Shown: positions 27,312-39,439 of the stretch, piece after piece | Position numbering within the stretch: the stretch's first letter is position 1 | How the letters are laid out: each line of letters begins with the position of its first letter | Assembly: GCA_010093815.1 (NCBI GenBank) | Contig: ML996567.1 | Strand: one strand, 5' to 3' | Source: Pseudovirgaria hyperparasitica | Lineage: Eukaryota | Length of the DNA: 64,000 nt | Position numbers and translations under genes: made by a program | The notes under the pieces: model-generated | Databases searched by the model: none | Seen by the model: the letters and a program-made list of their open reading frames with translations, nothing else | Told to the model about the DNA's origin: nothing

Positions 27312-28710
27312 ATGTCTTACTTCCATTACTTCAGTCTGAGCTTCATTGTCATACTTGCGTTCTCTCTTGCCTCGCGCAAGCTTGGTGAATTCTACTTCCA
27401 CTCAAACACTCAACATGAGGTACCATTCCGTGCATCTTTCGTATGATACCATATATCACATCATTGTTCTGTACTCAATGCAACATATGACGCCCGACTA
27501 GGACTAGATTTGACCGTGTGATTCCTAGATCCCAAGCAAACCCACTTCGAACGTACAATCCACCAAGAACAATGGCGATCCGTGTATCGCATCCTATCAA
27601 GATATCGAGCCACTCTCAAATTTTGACTGGAGGACCACTGAACCGATTAAGCTACGGCCGTTTAAGCCGAAATTTCACCTGACAATGGGTACCGGCCGTC
27701 CCTTACATGCACTTGCCCTATGTCATGCTATGTCACCATATCAGCTTCATTGTCACCCCTGAGTAGACTAACAGCCCACACCAGCCATCGAGAACACATC
27801 TATATCCGACCTGATCCCCTTCGACAACACCTACCTCGACCGTATAAGACTCCGCCGCCGTCTCCTATCCACGCTTAGCACTGAGATCATCGCCGCACAC
27901 CCAGTCGCACAGCCCGCTGTCCACGAATTCTACACCTGGGTCTTCACAATCTACCTACCAAGCCGGTACCCAACCATGTTCACCCTCGCCCCCTCACCCT
28001 CTGCCCCTACCTCTCTCACAAACCTCATCACATCCGAATCCATCCCTCTCCTTGCACCGCTCAATCCCCTCGAATGCCTCCGCACCATCGCCGCCCACAT
28101 CGACGACGACTTCCTCTTCCTGCTCCCCTCACCAGAGCACTCCACCGCCAAAGACCAATACATCCTCCGCGCCTACGCCACACTATTCCCCTCCGGCTTC
28201 AACCCAGCCACCAAGCTCAACAGAACCCTCCGCGAGATCCACGAGCCCGTGCCACGCTACGCATCCAAGCTTGCGTTCAGCATGGACCGCTTCTTCCGCT
28301 GCATGCCCGTCGGCCGCGTGGTCAAGCGCGCGAATTGGACTGTTACCACCTCGCGCGACCTGCATGTGCTTTCGGGGACACATGCCAGTGCTGCAGAGGC
28401 GGGAGGGGATGGGGCTGGCCTGGATAAGGCGCGCGAGGATGTGGATTTGGGAGAGACGGTGTTGCGCGCGGAGAGGCAGACGTTGCATCGTTTGCCGGGG
28501 AGTGGGGCACTGGTTTTCGCATTTAAGACGTATGTGTATGAGTTGGGGGATGTGGTTCGGGAGGGCAGGGGGGAGGAGTTGGCGTGTGCGATTGAGGGGT
28601 TGGGTGAGGGGGGTGTTGTGGGTATGAGGGGGTATAAGAGGGCGGATGTTTGGGGGGAGAAGGTTTGTGCGTTTCTGAGGGGAGGTGTTGGTGGAGAGAT
28701 CAAGGGTTGA
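27312..28710 (+). CDS. DUF3445 / heme-dependent oxidative N-demethylase alpha-like protein
   Basis: IEPLSNFDWRTTEPIKLRPFKPKFHLTM, DNTYLDRIRLRR, LFPSGFNP..IHEPVP, RANWTV, RAERQTLHRLPGSGALVFAFKTY. 5' exons approximate. Confidence 0.85.
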
Positions 28711-30230
28711 TGCTTTTAAGTGAGGAGTATATTTGTTGGATGTTGATACAGGATGTGAGAAATGTACTGTTGTGGTGAGTGGAATGAAAGGTGCAGAAAC
28801 ATGGCTCTCTTCCACTTCGTAGGCAGGCCATGGTTTCGCTATAGTTGCGGTTTGCTCTGTGTCGCCTCGAATGCCTAATAATGTAAATGCTTACGCGATA
28901 TCGTTCTCTGGAACAGGTCTCAATATATGAATGCTAAGTCTCTAGACATGATACGACAGTGTACTCATCGGCGTCCACTACCCTCGCTTAAGAGTTCTGA
29001 TACTGCGTGCGCTTGCTCGACCGTATGCCTTAATGATAATGATATATTCAACCAAACTTTCAGTCACACTTTTCGCTATGATTGCATGGGTTGACTCTAT
29101 TGGGAGTGCGATCTGTTTGAGTATAATGTGACTAACGCTCTGCGCTTGAGCATGAAGCTTTCCAAACATGTCATCATTTCTTGAGTTCGACAAGCAGACC
29201 GATCGAGTTCATACATTCTGATGGATAATGTAGCACGCATCCGTGATAAACCGTTATTGTAAGCAAATGATCAGAAGATAAAGCGTTTATTCTCGTTATG
29301 AAAGGGAGTTTGAATGTGTCATGCTAATTAACATAAAGAAAAAATGACAATAGTAAGCAAATGTGCCCACTCGACAGCGTCTCATCCGAAAGCACGGCAG
29401 TAGAAGCAAATCTTCAGAGGAGATACCATCTCCTCCACCGGCGAGACTTAAGGGTAATGACCTCTTTTAGTGGGTCTGATTCACACCCTCGGATCGTAGA
29501 TATCATGACAATCAAGCTCAGGCAGCGCATTCCATTCCCGCTCAAGGTCTTCAAGGGTGAAATCGTGCGAACGAATATCGAAGCTGTCGGCTGATGATAC
29601 TGGAAGAGCATTGACGGTTGGGAGGTCAAGCCCGTCAAAATATACTTCGCTCTCTTCTCCATCAGAACGTTATTGTAGCATCCACGAAAGTGCAGATTCC
29701 GCGACCAGACAAAAGCTTCTCTGCCTGATGGATCTACCAAGACATTGGAGCCATGAGAATTCCCATCGTCATATCAGACCATAGATGGTCTCTGCCCAAG
29801 AAATGAAGAGGAGAGCGATGGATACCATGACGAGTTCGACATCGTACGGGGTACTCTAGGATTACACCGACTCATTGTCCTGGGCCTTGTGCTATAATCC
29901 TCTCTTAATTGGCGTAGCCTTCCACTGTTACGTAGATTGAATATACCAATCATCTTGTCGACTAGATAGTCAATGAAACAATCTCACACTGGTGACACAT
30001 GACCTGGAGTGAATTTACCATTCGTGAATGAGACTAATTATTCATGTAGAAGCAGAGCTAAAAGCATATAGCATATGCATATAGATATCATAATATATCG
30101 TATATATCTTGATTGACATATTTCATACCCATCAAATACGACTGACACCGGGGTGGTATGTAGTGAGGAAGGAAACAAGATATGACATGGTATAGAGCTA
30201 CTCTAGATGCATGCGAGAGAAGCGAAAATT

Positions 30231-30905
30231 TCATAACCCCCTACGTCGTTTGATACCCTTACCATCTTGTTTGACCCAGTAGGCCACATCATCCTTCGTG
30301 TAAGGAAGGTCATCGTCTTCTATGGGTTTCGTTTGTTCGCTTTCCGCCAGTGGGCGCGCTGTCGCTAGGCCGTTGTTCAAGGCACAGCACACGATTTGTT
30401 TCTCCATACAATAATCACATGCGAAATCTTCTCCATGTGGAAACACTGCAACACCCTTCTTTGCCATCTTTCGACTGATACACTTCATTGGAGTCTGCTC
30501 TCGTGTGTGCTTCATCCAATCCTTCTTCGTTTTCCCGCTGTTCCATGGCTGGAAAGTGGTCCAAAGGACTTGGATTACGGCGCTCGAAAGGCCATCAAGC
30601 TCACCAAACAACTCTCGTAACTGCCCTAGCCCAACGTCGGAGAGGACAGGTTGCATTTGGACAGGTACCCGAACATTGTTCATCATACTTGGACCGGCGT
30701 CTCCGAGCTCTACGAACTGTTCATTGAGACTGCTTTGACTTTCTTGGGTAGAAATCTGAGCTTCCCGAAGTCTTAATGTATGGGTCTGTTGCTTAGCTCT
30801 TAGAGCTGCTTCATCCTTCTCTAGCTTAGCTTGGTCGGATGTGAACTGTCTCCGTGCACGCTTTATGACGCAGATCTGATCGCTTAGAACAGCCCGAGAG
30901 GTCAA
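30231..30905 (-). pseudogene. Cys-motif hypothetical ORF lacking a clear ATG start (possible pseudogene)
   Basis: 224-codon frame with coiled-coil-like N-part and C..ACDYC....VCC..RPL..YWV. The frame opens without ATG; a 22-bp direct repeat 40 bp apart disrupts the 5' end. Confidence 0.45.
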
Positions 30906-30997
30906 AGTCCCATAAGGGAGGAGCTTGACAAAGCCCGAGAGGTCGAAGTCCCAGTCTCCACGAATCTTTTTATGAGAGGAGAAAGAAGTGGGAAGGC

Positions 30998-31170
30998 GAG
31001 AGAGGCGAGAAGTGAGAGAGGCGAGGAGTGAGAGAGGCGAGAAGTGAGAGAGGCGAGAAGTGAGAGAGGCGAGAAGTGAGAGAGGCGAGAAGTGAGAGAG
31101 GCGAGAGAGGTGAGAGAGGTGAGAGAGAGCGGCGAGAGAGGTGAGAGAGAGCTGTGAGAGAGGTGAGATG
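30998..31170. repeat. Minisatellite (GAGAGAGGCGAGAAGT) x6 plus degenerate GA-rich copies
   Basis: Six consecutive 16-bp units at 30998-31093 (one with a single mismatch), followed by shorter GAGAGAGGT variants. Confidence 0.9.
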
Positions 31171-32400
31171 AAGAGAAGTGAAAAAAAGAGGCGAAAAGCA
31201 AGACCTTAAATAGTTGGACGCAAGCTGAGAAGTGGAAGCCGCGTGCCCTGGTGACGTACAAACCCGTACCTGGACCGTGCACAATACATTTTCCATCAGT
31301 CTCGTCCTCCTCATCCAGATATCCAGTAGCCAGTATTCTATCTCTTGTAGACCTGATCTAATCCAAAGCTCCACCCTTTAGAGCCCACTTTGTCTTGACC
31401 GTCTCTAAGATCACACTCACTCATTCTCTAGCAAGAAAGGTCTGAGCACGCCTGACACTGCGTTGCCTTTCTTCGAGCCTCTTTTTTCCCCCTTCGAAAC
31501 ACCTCTTTCTCGAGTCTCAGCGAGTCCTAGTCTTCAGTAATGGTCTGTAGTTTGATATACCAGTAACTTGAGACAGTCCTCCAGAGCAGCAGCGCTGTGA
31601 TTCTCTGATGCCCTCACAAAGCTCTTCTTTCACTGTCCAGCCATGGATGGCTCTCTCGGCGGCAGTCTGACTTTTTCTCATGTGCGGTTGCCTGTATGCT
31701 GTCTAACGTAAATCTTACTCGTTCGGAGCATGGTAGTGTTCTGTTTGACATTTGTGAGAAAGTCTATGAGCTATTGTTCTCTTTCAGGAAGAATGAAAGA
31801 AATATACTTAGGATAATGAGCTGTACATCTCCAAACACCCTTCAACAACACCATGACCACACCCGCGATCTTCATCCACAAAGTACTATAATCATCACTG
31901 ACGTACTGCCCGCACATTGGCAAGTAATGAAGACGTTACGAGGGATGATATACAGTGAGGATGGGTAGGCTTGTGCAAGTGATATCGTGTATTGGAGCCG
32001 GATGTAAGGGATGTTCTTTCGGATTCTTGGTGTTTAGTAAATTGTCATGATGGGATAACACATATCTGCTTTCTGCTTTGCGTCACGGAGCGTGCAGATA
32101 CTAGAGCAGCGCTGCAGTAAATACAGTACCTGTGACATGACTCTCTCCTCAGATGACGTCAGACGTCACACTTGAGTATGTAAAGGTGCGCAAGGCGAGG
32201 GCTTGCTGAGTACTGATCTTGGGGTGGTTGAGGTTAAACTTGCTGTCTGGCTGTCTGGTCGGCTGTACTATGTTATGAGAGCTGTATCACAAGTTCAGGA
32301 AGAGTAATGAGGCGGAATCAGAGCAGTGGACTTATGCCTTGATTACACCCGTGAACCTTTGCGAATCATCCACTCAAAACTCCATGCTCCTCGCTCGCCT

Positions 32401-33381
32401 CTAGATATTCCTTCCACCAGTCACGCTGATCGTCTGACCACTAATATAACTGCTCAACGGACTCGCAATCGCCAACACGGCACTCGCAGCCTCGGTGGCG
32501 GTACCAGGCCTCCTAAGCGGGATATCGGGATACTCATTCCCCTTATCGCCATCCTTGGCCTTCTTCTGAGCGCCGGGTATGCCCAGCGCGACTTTTTCGC
32601 CGTCCGGGGTTGTGACAAACGCGCCCTCCTCCTTGGCTGCCGTCAGGCGTGTCAGGATAAAGCCAAAGGCGATGGTGTTTGCGCGCACGCCGTAGCTGGG
32701 GCCCCATTCCTTGGCAATGGTCTTGGTCAGCCCTGTGATGCCGGCTTTGCCCACGGCGTAGTTGGCCTGACCAGCGTTACCGTGCAGGCCGGACGTGGAG
32801 GAGATGTTTATGATGTTGCGCGGCTCGCCGTCTTTGACGCGGAAGTAGGGAGCGGCGGCTCGGACGAGGCGGAAGGGGGCACCGGTGTGTAGGTCGACGA
32901 TGGTTTGCCATTGCTTGTCTGTTGTCTGTGAGGGTCTTAGACTGATTCTGAAAGTGAGGAGGCAGTGGCTGCGTACCTTGTGAATCACACCGTCCCAAGT
33001 GTAGCCGGCGTTGTTGACGATGATGTGGATTTTGCCGTTGCCGAATTCTGCTGTCTTCTTGACGAGCGTGGTGGCATAGTCTGGGTTTGTGACGTCGCCG
33101 GCGACGGCGATGGCTTTGCCGCCGGACTTGTTGATAGCGTCAGCGACGCTGGCCGACTTTTCTGCGAGGGATCAGAGATTCATTCAGGATATAGCTTGTG
33201 CAGAGGGCGTACTCTCGTCAATGTCCGCAACTACGACGCGAGCTCCCTCATTGGCGAAGAGTCTGGCAATCTCAGCGCCGATACCTTGACCGGCACCGGT
33301 AATGATTGCGACTTGACCTTGCAACATACCCTTTGGGTAGTTGAGGTGAGCTGCGATCTGGTTGACTCTGTCGGAAGCCAT
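32401..33381 (-). CDS. Short-chain dehydrogenase/reductase (3-oxoacyl-ACP reductase-like)
   Basis: TGAGQGIG, IIVNNAGYTWDG, NISSTSG..GQANYAVGKAG (YxxxK), SYISGQTISVTGG. Two introns. Confidence 0.92.
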
Positions 33382-33905
33382 GATGGATGATTGATGTATG
33401 GACGGTTGGGGTGAAGTTGGAAGGTGTCAAGAGAAAGGCCAGTCAAAGAAGAAGTTATTCATCGGCAAGGGCGTGAGGTGATCCTCGGCCATGATGTCGT
33501 TGGAGCTAGGTAGTGTGTTAAAGCTATAGGTACGTGCTTGTGGAGTATGCGGAGAACAGAGTGGGCCGGGAAAGCTAGCGTTTGCCGTTCATAGCCGAGG
33601 CTCGGAGCACGCTAGATTCCGCACTGTTCATTGGACGGTCCGAATACATTAAATTTATACACAAGACGGCTTCAATAACAATGATATATTTGAATAACTT
33701 GAAATCAAGAGTTCATACTACAAATTTACTCCTGCAAATGCTTAGAATATTGAACAAAGAACCACCAACACCAAGAAATGCTATTATAGACTCCAGACCA
33801 TGCCCCGAACAAGAAGACATCGCAGCGCTGTGCCAGCAGCATGAGCCAGCGGATTGATTATTACACCCTCATAGTTCGTCAAGTCGTAAACACATCTTCA
33901 CACTC

Positions 33906-35690
33906 CTATGCCTTTCGAACCCTTCGAGGCTTGCCCGATTCTTTCCTATTGTATGGCTCTTCAGGAAAGACCCAGCCCCTGATTCTCTTTGCGTCTCGCT
34001 TCTCGCCAATGTTCGGCTTCGGGATCCATGCATCCTTCTCGATAACATTTTGTCTGGTCAATGCGGGAGGACCACCGACCTCCATGCGCCAGCTGATGGC
34101 TCCAGGTAGAGGGTTCTCCTTGGCCAGCATGTGCAAGTACCAGAGAGCGAGGCCGGCAGTCAACTGAGCCTCGCCAGTCTCAGGGTGAAAGCCATTGGTA
34201 GACAGGCGGATAGGAGCAGACAACTCAAGATAGCCAAAAAGGGGAACACTGCCAGAGCTGTTGACAGTGGTGGAGTCGGTCATGCCACTGTCTGGAGGGC
34301 CACCAGCGCGAACACACAGGACTTCAATCTCAGTCATGATGAAGCCGTATCTGCACCCATGATCGCGCATGATCTTGTGGAGATGTGCAAGGCCTTGAAG
34401 GTAGTAGACCTGCTTGTTGGGAGCCTCGGACCGCATGCCGGTGTTCCACTGATCGTAGGACTTGACAAGCCCGACAACACGACCACGACCATCGCCTAGC
34501 AATGTCTTTTCGTAGTCAAAGGAATAGTTGGAGACAAAGTCGGGCTGGCGCGAGCCCGGAGCAGGCTTAAAGGAGCGTATGGTCATGTTTGGATCTCCAA
34601 GAGCCATCCTAAGGGCCGAGTTGACCTTTTGCGCATGGTAGTCGCGGCAGATGTCGTGGAGTGCGCCCTCGGAATCAGGCTGGAGATTGGGGCGGGGAGG
34701 TGTGGGAAGCGTCGCAGTTGAGACCGGGAACTGGAGCAGCTTCATCAAGTCAGGCACTTCGCTGATCTTCTCAACAGTGAAATCGGTCCATTGACGCAGA
34801 TTGCGAATGTCCCACCAAAAGTAAGAGTTCATGCCACGGCCAGTAGTAGTGACACGGCGAACAAGAGCTGGAGACGGATTGGGAGCAGTCAGGTAAGCCA
34901 GCATGGTCGTGGTGGACGTAGAAAGTGTAAAAGAATCGACTGGCGATACAGTAGAGGAATACTGAACAGCTGGAGCAGGCGTATATTCAGAGCGCTGATA
35001 GTCCTGAGCATAGGTATCCTGCGACCAGGACTCAATTGAGTTGTAGCTGTTGACCGGAACGGCATTGGAGATGTGCATCGCGGGTGGCGGAGGAGTTGCA
35101 GACGTGGTGTAGACTGGCATCTGTCTGTAGGTGGGATAGCCATAGCGACTGATAATGGACTCATCGATGCTTCCGGCAGATTCAGCGCGGTGGTGAGAGC
35201 GGCTGGCTGATTGAGAGCGCGAGTGGCTGATTGAAGGGCGACGAGAGAGTGCTGGTCCAAAGGTGACTGGCGAGTTGAGATTGGAAAAGGAGGTCTCGTA
35301 CGGAGAGGGTTCAGAGATTGGAGACACTATGTTGCTCTGCTCGCCCGGGCTAGCGCCGCGCCTGTAGTAGGATGAAGGACGCGCGCCGTATGGGTTGACA
35401 GTCTGAATATACGCAGCACTAGACGCAGACATGGTCTTGCGATGACGGATAGCACCAGTGGGTCCAGCAGTAGGCTCTGTCACCTGGTCCTGCTGACGGA
35501 CCTTTGGCAACAAAGTCGTGCCATGCTGCCGGATAGGAGACCTGGGCGGAGTAGTGATGTTGGTTCCGACGGAGCCAGGGGAAGCATCACTGGAGTAAAA
35601 GGAACCATCGGAGGTGCTGCGACTGTGCGCACTCGCGGTGAGGTAGGACGAATAGGAGACTGATGGGGGAGTGAACTGTCTAGTGTACAT
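33906..35690 (-). CDS. Conserved-looking fungal protein: Ser-rich N-terminus plus a C-terminal PD-(D/E)xK-like fold
   Basis: Long ORF. Start MYTRQF at 35690 follows a 5'UTR intron 35764-35711 (GTAAGT..GCTGAC..AAG). C-terminus QPDF..VVGLVKS..W..RYGFIMTE.E..LALWYLHMLA. Confidence 0.75.
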   Translation of the reverse strand: MYTRQFTPPSVSYSSYLTASAHSRSTSDGSFYSSDASPGSVGTNITTPPRSPIRQHGTTLLPKVRQQDQVTEPTAGPTGAIRHRKTMSASSAAYIQTVNPYGARPSSYYRRGASPGEQSNIVSPISEPSPYETSFSNLNSPVTFGPALSRRPSISHSRSQSASRSHHRAESAGSIDESIISRYGYPTYRQMPVYTTSATPPPPAMHISNAVPVNSYNSIESWSQDTYAQDYQRSEYTPAPAVQYSSTVSPVDSFTLSTSTTTMLAYLTAPNPSPALVRRVTTTGRGMNSYFWWDIRNLRQWTDFTVEKISEVPDLMKLLQFPVSTATLPTPPRPNLQPDSEGALHDICRDYHAQKVNSALRMALGDPNMTIRSFKPAPGSRQPDFVSNYSFDYEKTLLGDGRGRVVGLVKSYDQWNTGMRSEAPNKQVYYLQGLAHLHKIMRDHGCRYGFIMTEIEVLCVRAGGPPDSGMTDSTTVNSSGSVPLFGYLELSAPIRLSTNGFHPETGEAQLTAGLALWYLHMLAKENPLPGAISWRMEVGGPPALTRQNVIEKDAWIPKPNIGEKRDAKRIRGWVFPEEPYNRKESGKPRRVRKA

Positions 35691-37623
35691 TTTGAGGAGT
35701 ATGCTACCAGACTTGGACATGGTCAGCTTCAATTGACAGCCACAACCTGAATGCGACGACTTACGCAAGTCTAGAAAGAGAGACTATAGTATTATTGGGG
35801 GAAGAAATGTTTTGGAGACAGAGACCGGCTCTGTAGGGTATCTTGATGACCTGCAAGTACACAAGGAAAGAGAAGCAAGGAGAAGATGGAGATCGCAATG
35901 GCGACTCTGTTCAGTGTTGAGTTGATATGAAGATGGAATGATATGAGAATGGTTGGATTGCGGCGAAGCAGGCAGTACTTATCCTGAAGCTCTGAGGGAG
36001 CATGACGTCCAAAGGATATGGCAGATGGGTACAGACTGGGTGCCCTAGCGCAAAAAAACAAGGTGAAACACAAGCCCTGCGATCCGCACTGGGGCCGTCC
36101 AGTCCTCTTTGGGAAGCATCACGGCAAGCATTAAGGTGTTGCGACACGCTCAAGAAGGGTTACATGAAACGACCCGTTGAGAGACCCAGGGTGGGTATAG
36201 CGCCGTCGAAACGCTGCTATATTTGAGTATCATGTTGAAGAAAGCGGGACGGTGATTGGACAGAAATAGGGCAGCAGACAGCGGAGGACAGAGAAGTATC
36301 AATAGCATAGAGATGGCGGGCGAGGCGCTGACAGCAGGCGGGTGGGTAGGATGAAACCGGGCATTATTCACTGTGCCGCCGGGAGCAGTGGAGCAGAGAA
36401 TAGGAATAGAAGCGTGGTAAGGTGGTTGTGAGTAAGGCAAGGCATAGAGGGTGGAGGTGGTAGGGGGAACTACCAACAGTACCTTAGGCGCTGGAGCATA
36501 AGCAGAATTTAGACGACGTTCACAGCAGTGTTTATGCTATTCCGCGATGGGCCTAGCGTGCGCGGGCCGGCGCTTGAGTGTGGCCCGGGCTGATTGGTGG
36601 ACTGGCGGCAAAATACACAGTAATTCATTTTTCGCTCCCCCACAAAGTCAAGCATCGGAAGGACAGCTATGAACATGCATCTGCTGTGGAGCCACGCAAA
36701 AAAGAGTCATCGTTCTGGCGCAATGGAGAGTCATGTTTAAACAGCAATCGATTGGTCTGCATCGCATCATGGCAGCTGTTTCGAAACACGCTGTGGTGCA
36801 TATGGCTGCGATGCGAAATCGGTGACTCACAGCAGTAATCGCGACTATAACACGTTCCATCTCGCCTGCAAACAACGCGTTTCCCCGCGACGCGTCAAAT
36901 CTTCGTTCAAAGCCATCGCCCACACCTTCGGCAATTCATGCATTTCACTCCGTCTTCTCACTCGCCTTATTCCGACACTCGAGCAGTCGGACAAACGTTG
37001 CAAATTGTGCCGTATTTGGTGCTATTCAATGCTTCTGTATGGGCCTGTCTCATTGGCTCGCGACCCACGCCCGGCGGTTAATTAATCTCGTTCCTCGTCG
37101 TCCACGTTCCTCCACCACGAACCCCAAATAGCTGGAACCGCCGTATTTTGCGTACATTGTGGGCCCCGTGCCACCAAATTTCCCTCATCAGGCGCTGCCA
37201 ATACCCAGGGCGCCGTCAATCACACTCTAGTGCGTCGTCGTATGTCACCTAATATATCCATATTAAGACATGCTTTCAATATGTGGCTAATTGTGCTAAA
37301 ACAGGAACTATCAGTGCCGCCGACTCTACACTCCCTCACTCCGTTGACGCCGACGAACTCCCAAGAGCCTTAGCCGTTTCATTCACACAGATCGCATAGA
37401 CTCTTACTTTGTCATGCTGAGCCTCATTCCTCCAACAAGATCCGTGTCAGGCGTTTGCCGAACTCAAAAGAGCATTGATAGTCATGCTCTACAAGGCATC
37501 TGATGCAAGCATTGCAAGTGATGCAACCTCAGCGAACACATCACTGCCCCGATTTCCTCCTACAAGCCTGCCGTATTGGCGATACTATACCCCTTGCTGA
37601 TGCGCGTCTCATAGTAGGCTTCT

Positions 37624-39439
37624 TTATGCTTGCACATGGTCATGCCACCATACATCCCAATCCACGACTTTTCGATCGTGGCGAGCTTCTTCTGCAGCAA
37701 AAACAAAGGCATGGCTTCGAATCTCTTCCTCCAAAGTACATCCCAGATATCGCTTCTGTGCTGTCTCTGCCGGCACTGCCTGGTTGATTGCGGCGTCGAC
37801 GGCCAGAACGAACTGTCTCGCTAGTCCACTGTCTCCACCACCATGTCCCCCGCCCATCTGTTTAGGGACAAATGATTCAGTCCGGCCCGTTGCGAAGTCA
37901 TGCACCTTGATGGTGAAGCTATCGTATTCTATCTCGCCTTTGGTCCCATAGATCCACCCTCGACGGTCGCACTGCTTTTCTGTGAACGCAATCATGTGGA
38001 ACTGCGCTGTCTTCTCTGCACGTCCTTCAAGGGCATCCGCGGTCCCGTGCCCACGCTCGATTGGATCGTCTTCCCAAGTCATGGTCACAATCTGATCGTC
38101 GTTCACATCGTTATCAGACTCCCAAACGCATCGGCCAAACCATGGACGTGCGTCTATCTCTTCCTGGGGCATCTCTCTAGAGTAGTCCTCTTTGAGGTTG
38201 GTGAGTAGCATATCCCTTGCTGGCTCCAGACCGGCCGACTTGTAGCACTCCTCAATCTCCGGATTGACGATGCTTACTGGCCAGTCGGTATCTCCTTTCT
38301 CCAGCCGTCTCTCAACGTATATTTTCCTTGCACTATAAATGCAGTCTTGCTCGATTGGGCACGATAGGCAGTTGGTGGCTTCCCCCGCCGCAGTCGGCTT
38401 CCTTGTCTTGCGAAACAACTTGCGCGAACCTGAAGAGGCAACATACTTTGGTGCGTGGGGCGGCTCGTCACTCTCCGCATGTGTCGGTGAACACATGAGC
38501 CAGAGCAGAAAGTCAATGTCATGGCATGATTTAGTCATCAGCGATGGCGCTGTCTTGGACTCTTTGCGCCAGTTTCCCCTACCACTCGATGTCAGCCAAA
38601 CTAATCTTCACAAACAGCATAACTGCCCGCAGTTTCTGATGCCTGATCGCGTTACTGCGCATGAACCACTGCCATCCAAGCTGCGATGGAGAATAAGGGT
38701 CGGCCAGGACGTGCCGTTCCCGTGAACTGCCGTGTCCATGCCCACTGTGCCTGTCCATGAACAACTACGCCTTATTCATGCAGCTCCGCAACGGCACCCA
38801 CAAGACACGAAGAGGGGAAATATACAGAGGAAGGTTGGATCTCACTAACCTGACATACGAATGGCTAAAATGCCACCACCCAACAGGCTCTGTATGCTCC
38901 ACACTGACGATGTCCCCAATAGCCTTCTTCACTCTGACCAGGTCTCTCAGCATGATGTTGTGTGGACTATACCGCAGCACATGACACACGCCCAGCACCA
39001 CTCCCGCATCTTTATACGCATCCCAAATTGTCTGGATATCACCCAGTCGCGGTGCAAGTGGCTTCTCGCACAGGATATGCACTCCTAGGCCCTTGACCGC
39101 AGCTAGGATATCAACATGCATCTCGTCCAAAACACAAATCGCAATGGCATCCACCCCCGCACCATGTGTCTCCGCATGTTCGACCCATGTCTGCCAATCT
39201 GTCCATTCTTCGCCGTCACATGGACTGGTGCGTCCTGCAGGGCCCCAAATGTACTTTTGACCAAACACTCCACGTTTATACGTGTTGGGCTCGACGACGC
39301 CTGCGATGATAGCGGGGATATGTGTTGGTCCAGTGTCGTGTCGGTGCGTGGTGATGGCCGACGCATAGGCGTGACCTCGACTTCCTGCGCCAATGACGAG
39401 CATGCGGACCTGTCGTGCCGATGCCGAGATGGACCCCAT
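37624..39439 (-). CDS. Gfo/Idh/MocA-family NAD-dependent oxidoreductase
   Basis: VIGAGSRG, HILCEKPLA, HVLRYSPHN, HSYVR|GNWR joined over a 271-nt intron (38849-38579), TKSCHDID, GGHGGGD. Confidence 0.92.

Noticed and set aside
28052..28815. Several long overlapping ORFs
   Set aside because: Shadow frames of the skewed, GC-rich DUF3445 gene.
30998..31093. Regular 16-bp repeats as a CRISPR array
   Set aside because: Head-to-tail with no spacers, eukaryotic context, no cas genes.
38579..38850. Stwintron [D1,2] or TPP riboswitch in the long intron
   Set aside because: Single-step splicing restores YVRGNW; no internal branch and acceptor pair fits; no CTGAGA/CCTGA TPP core.
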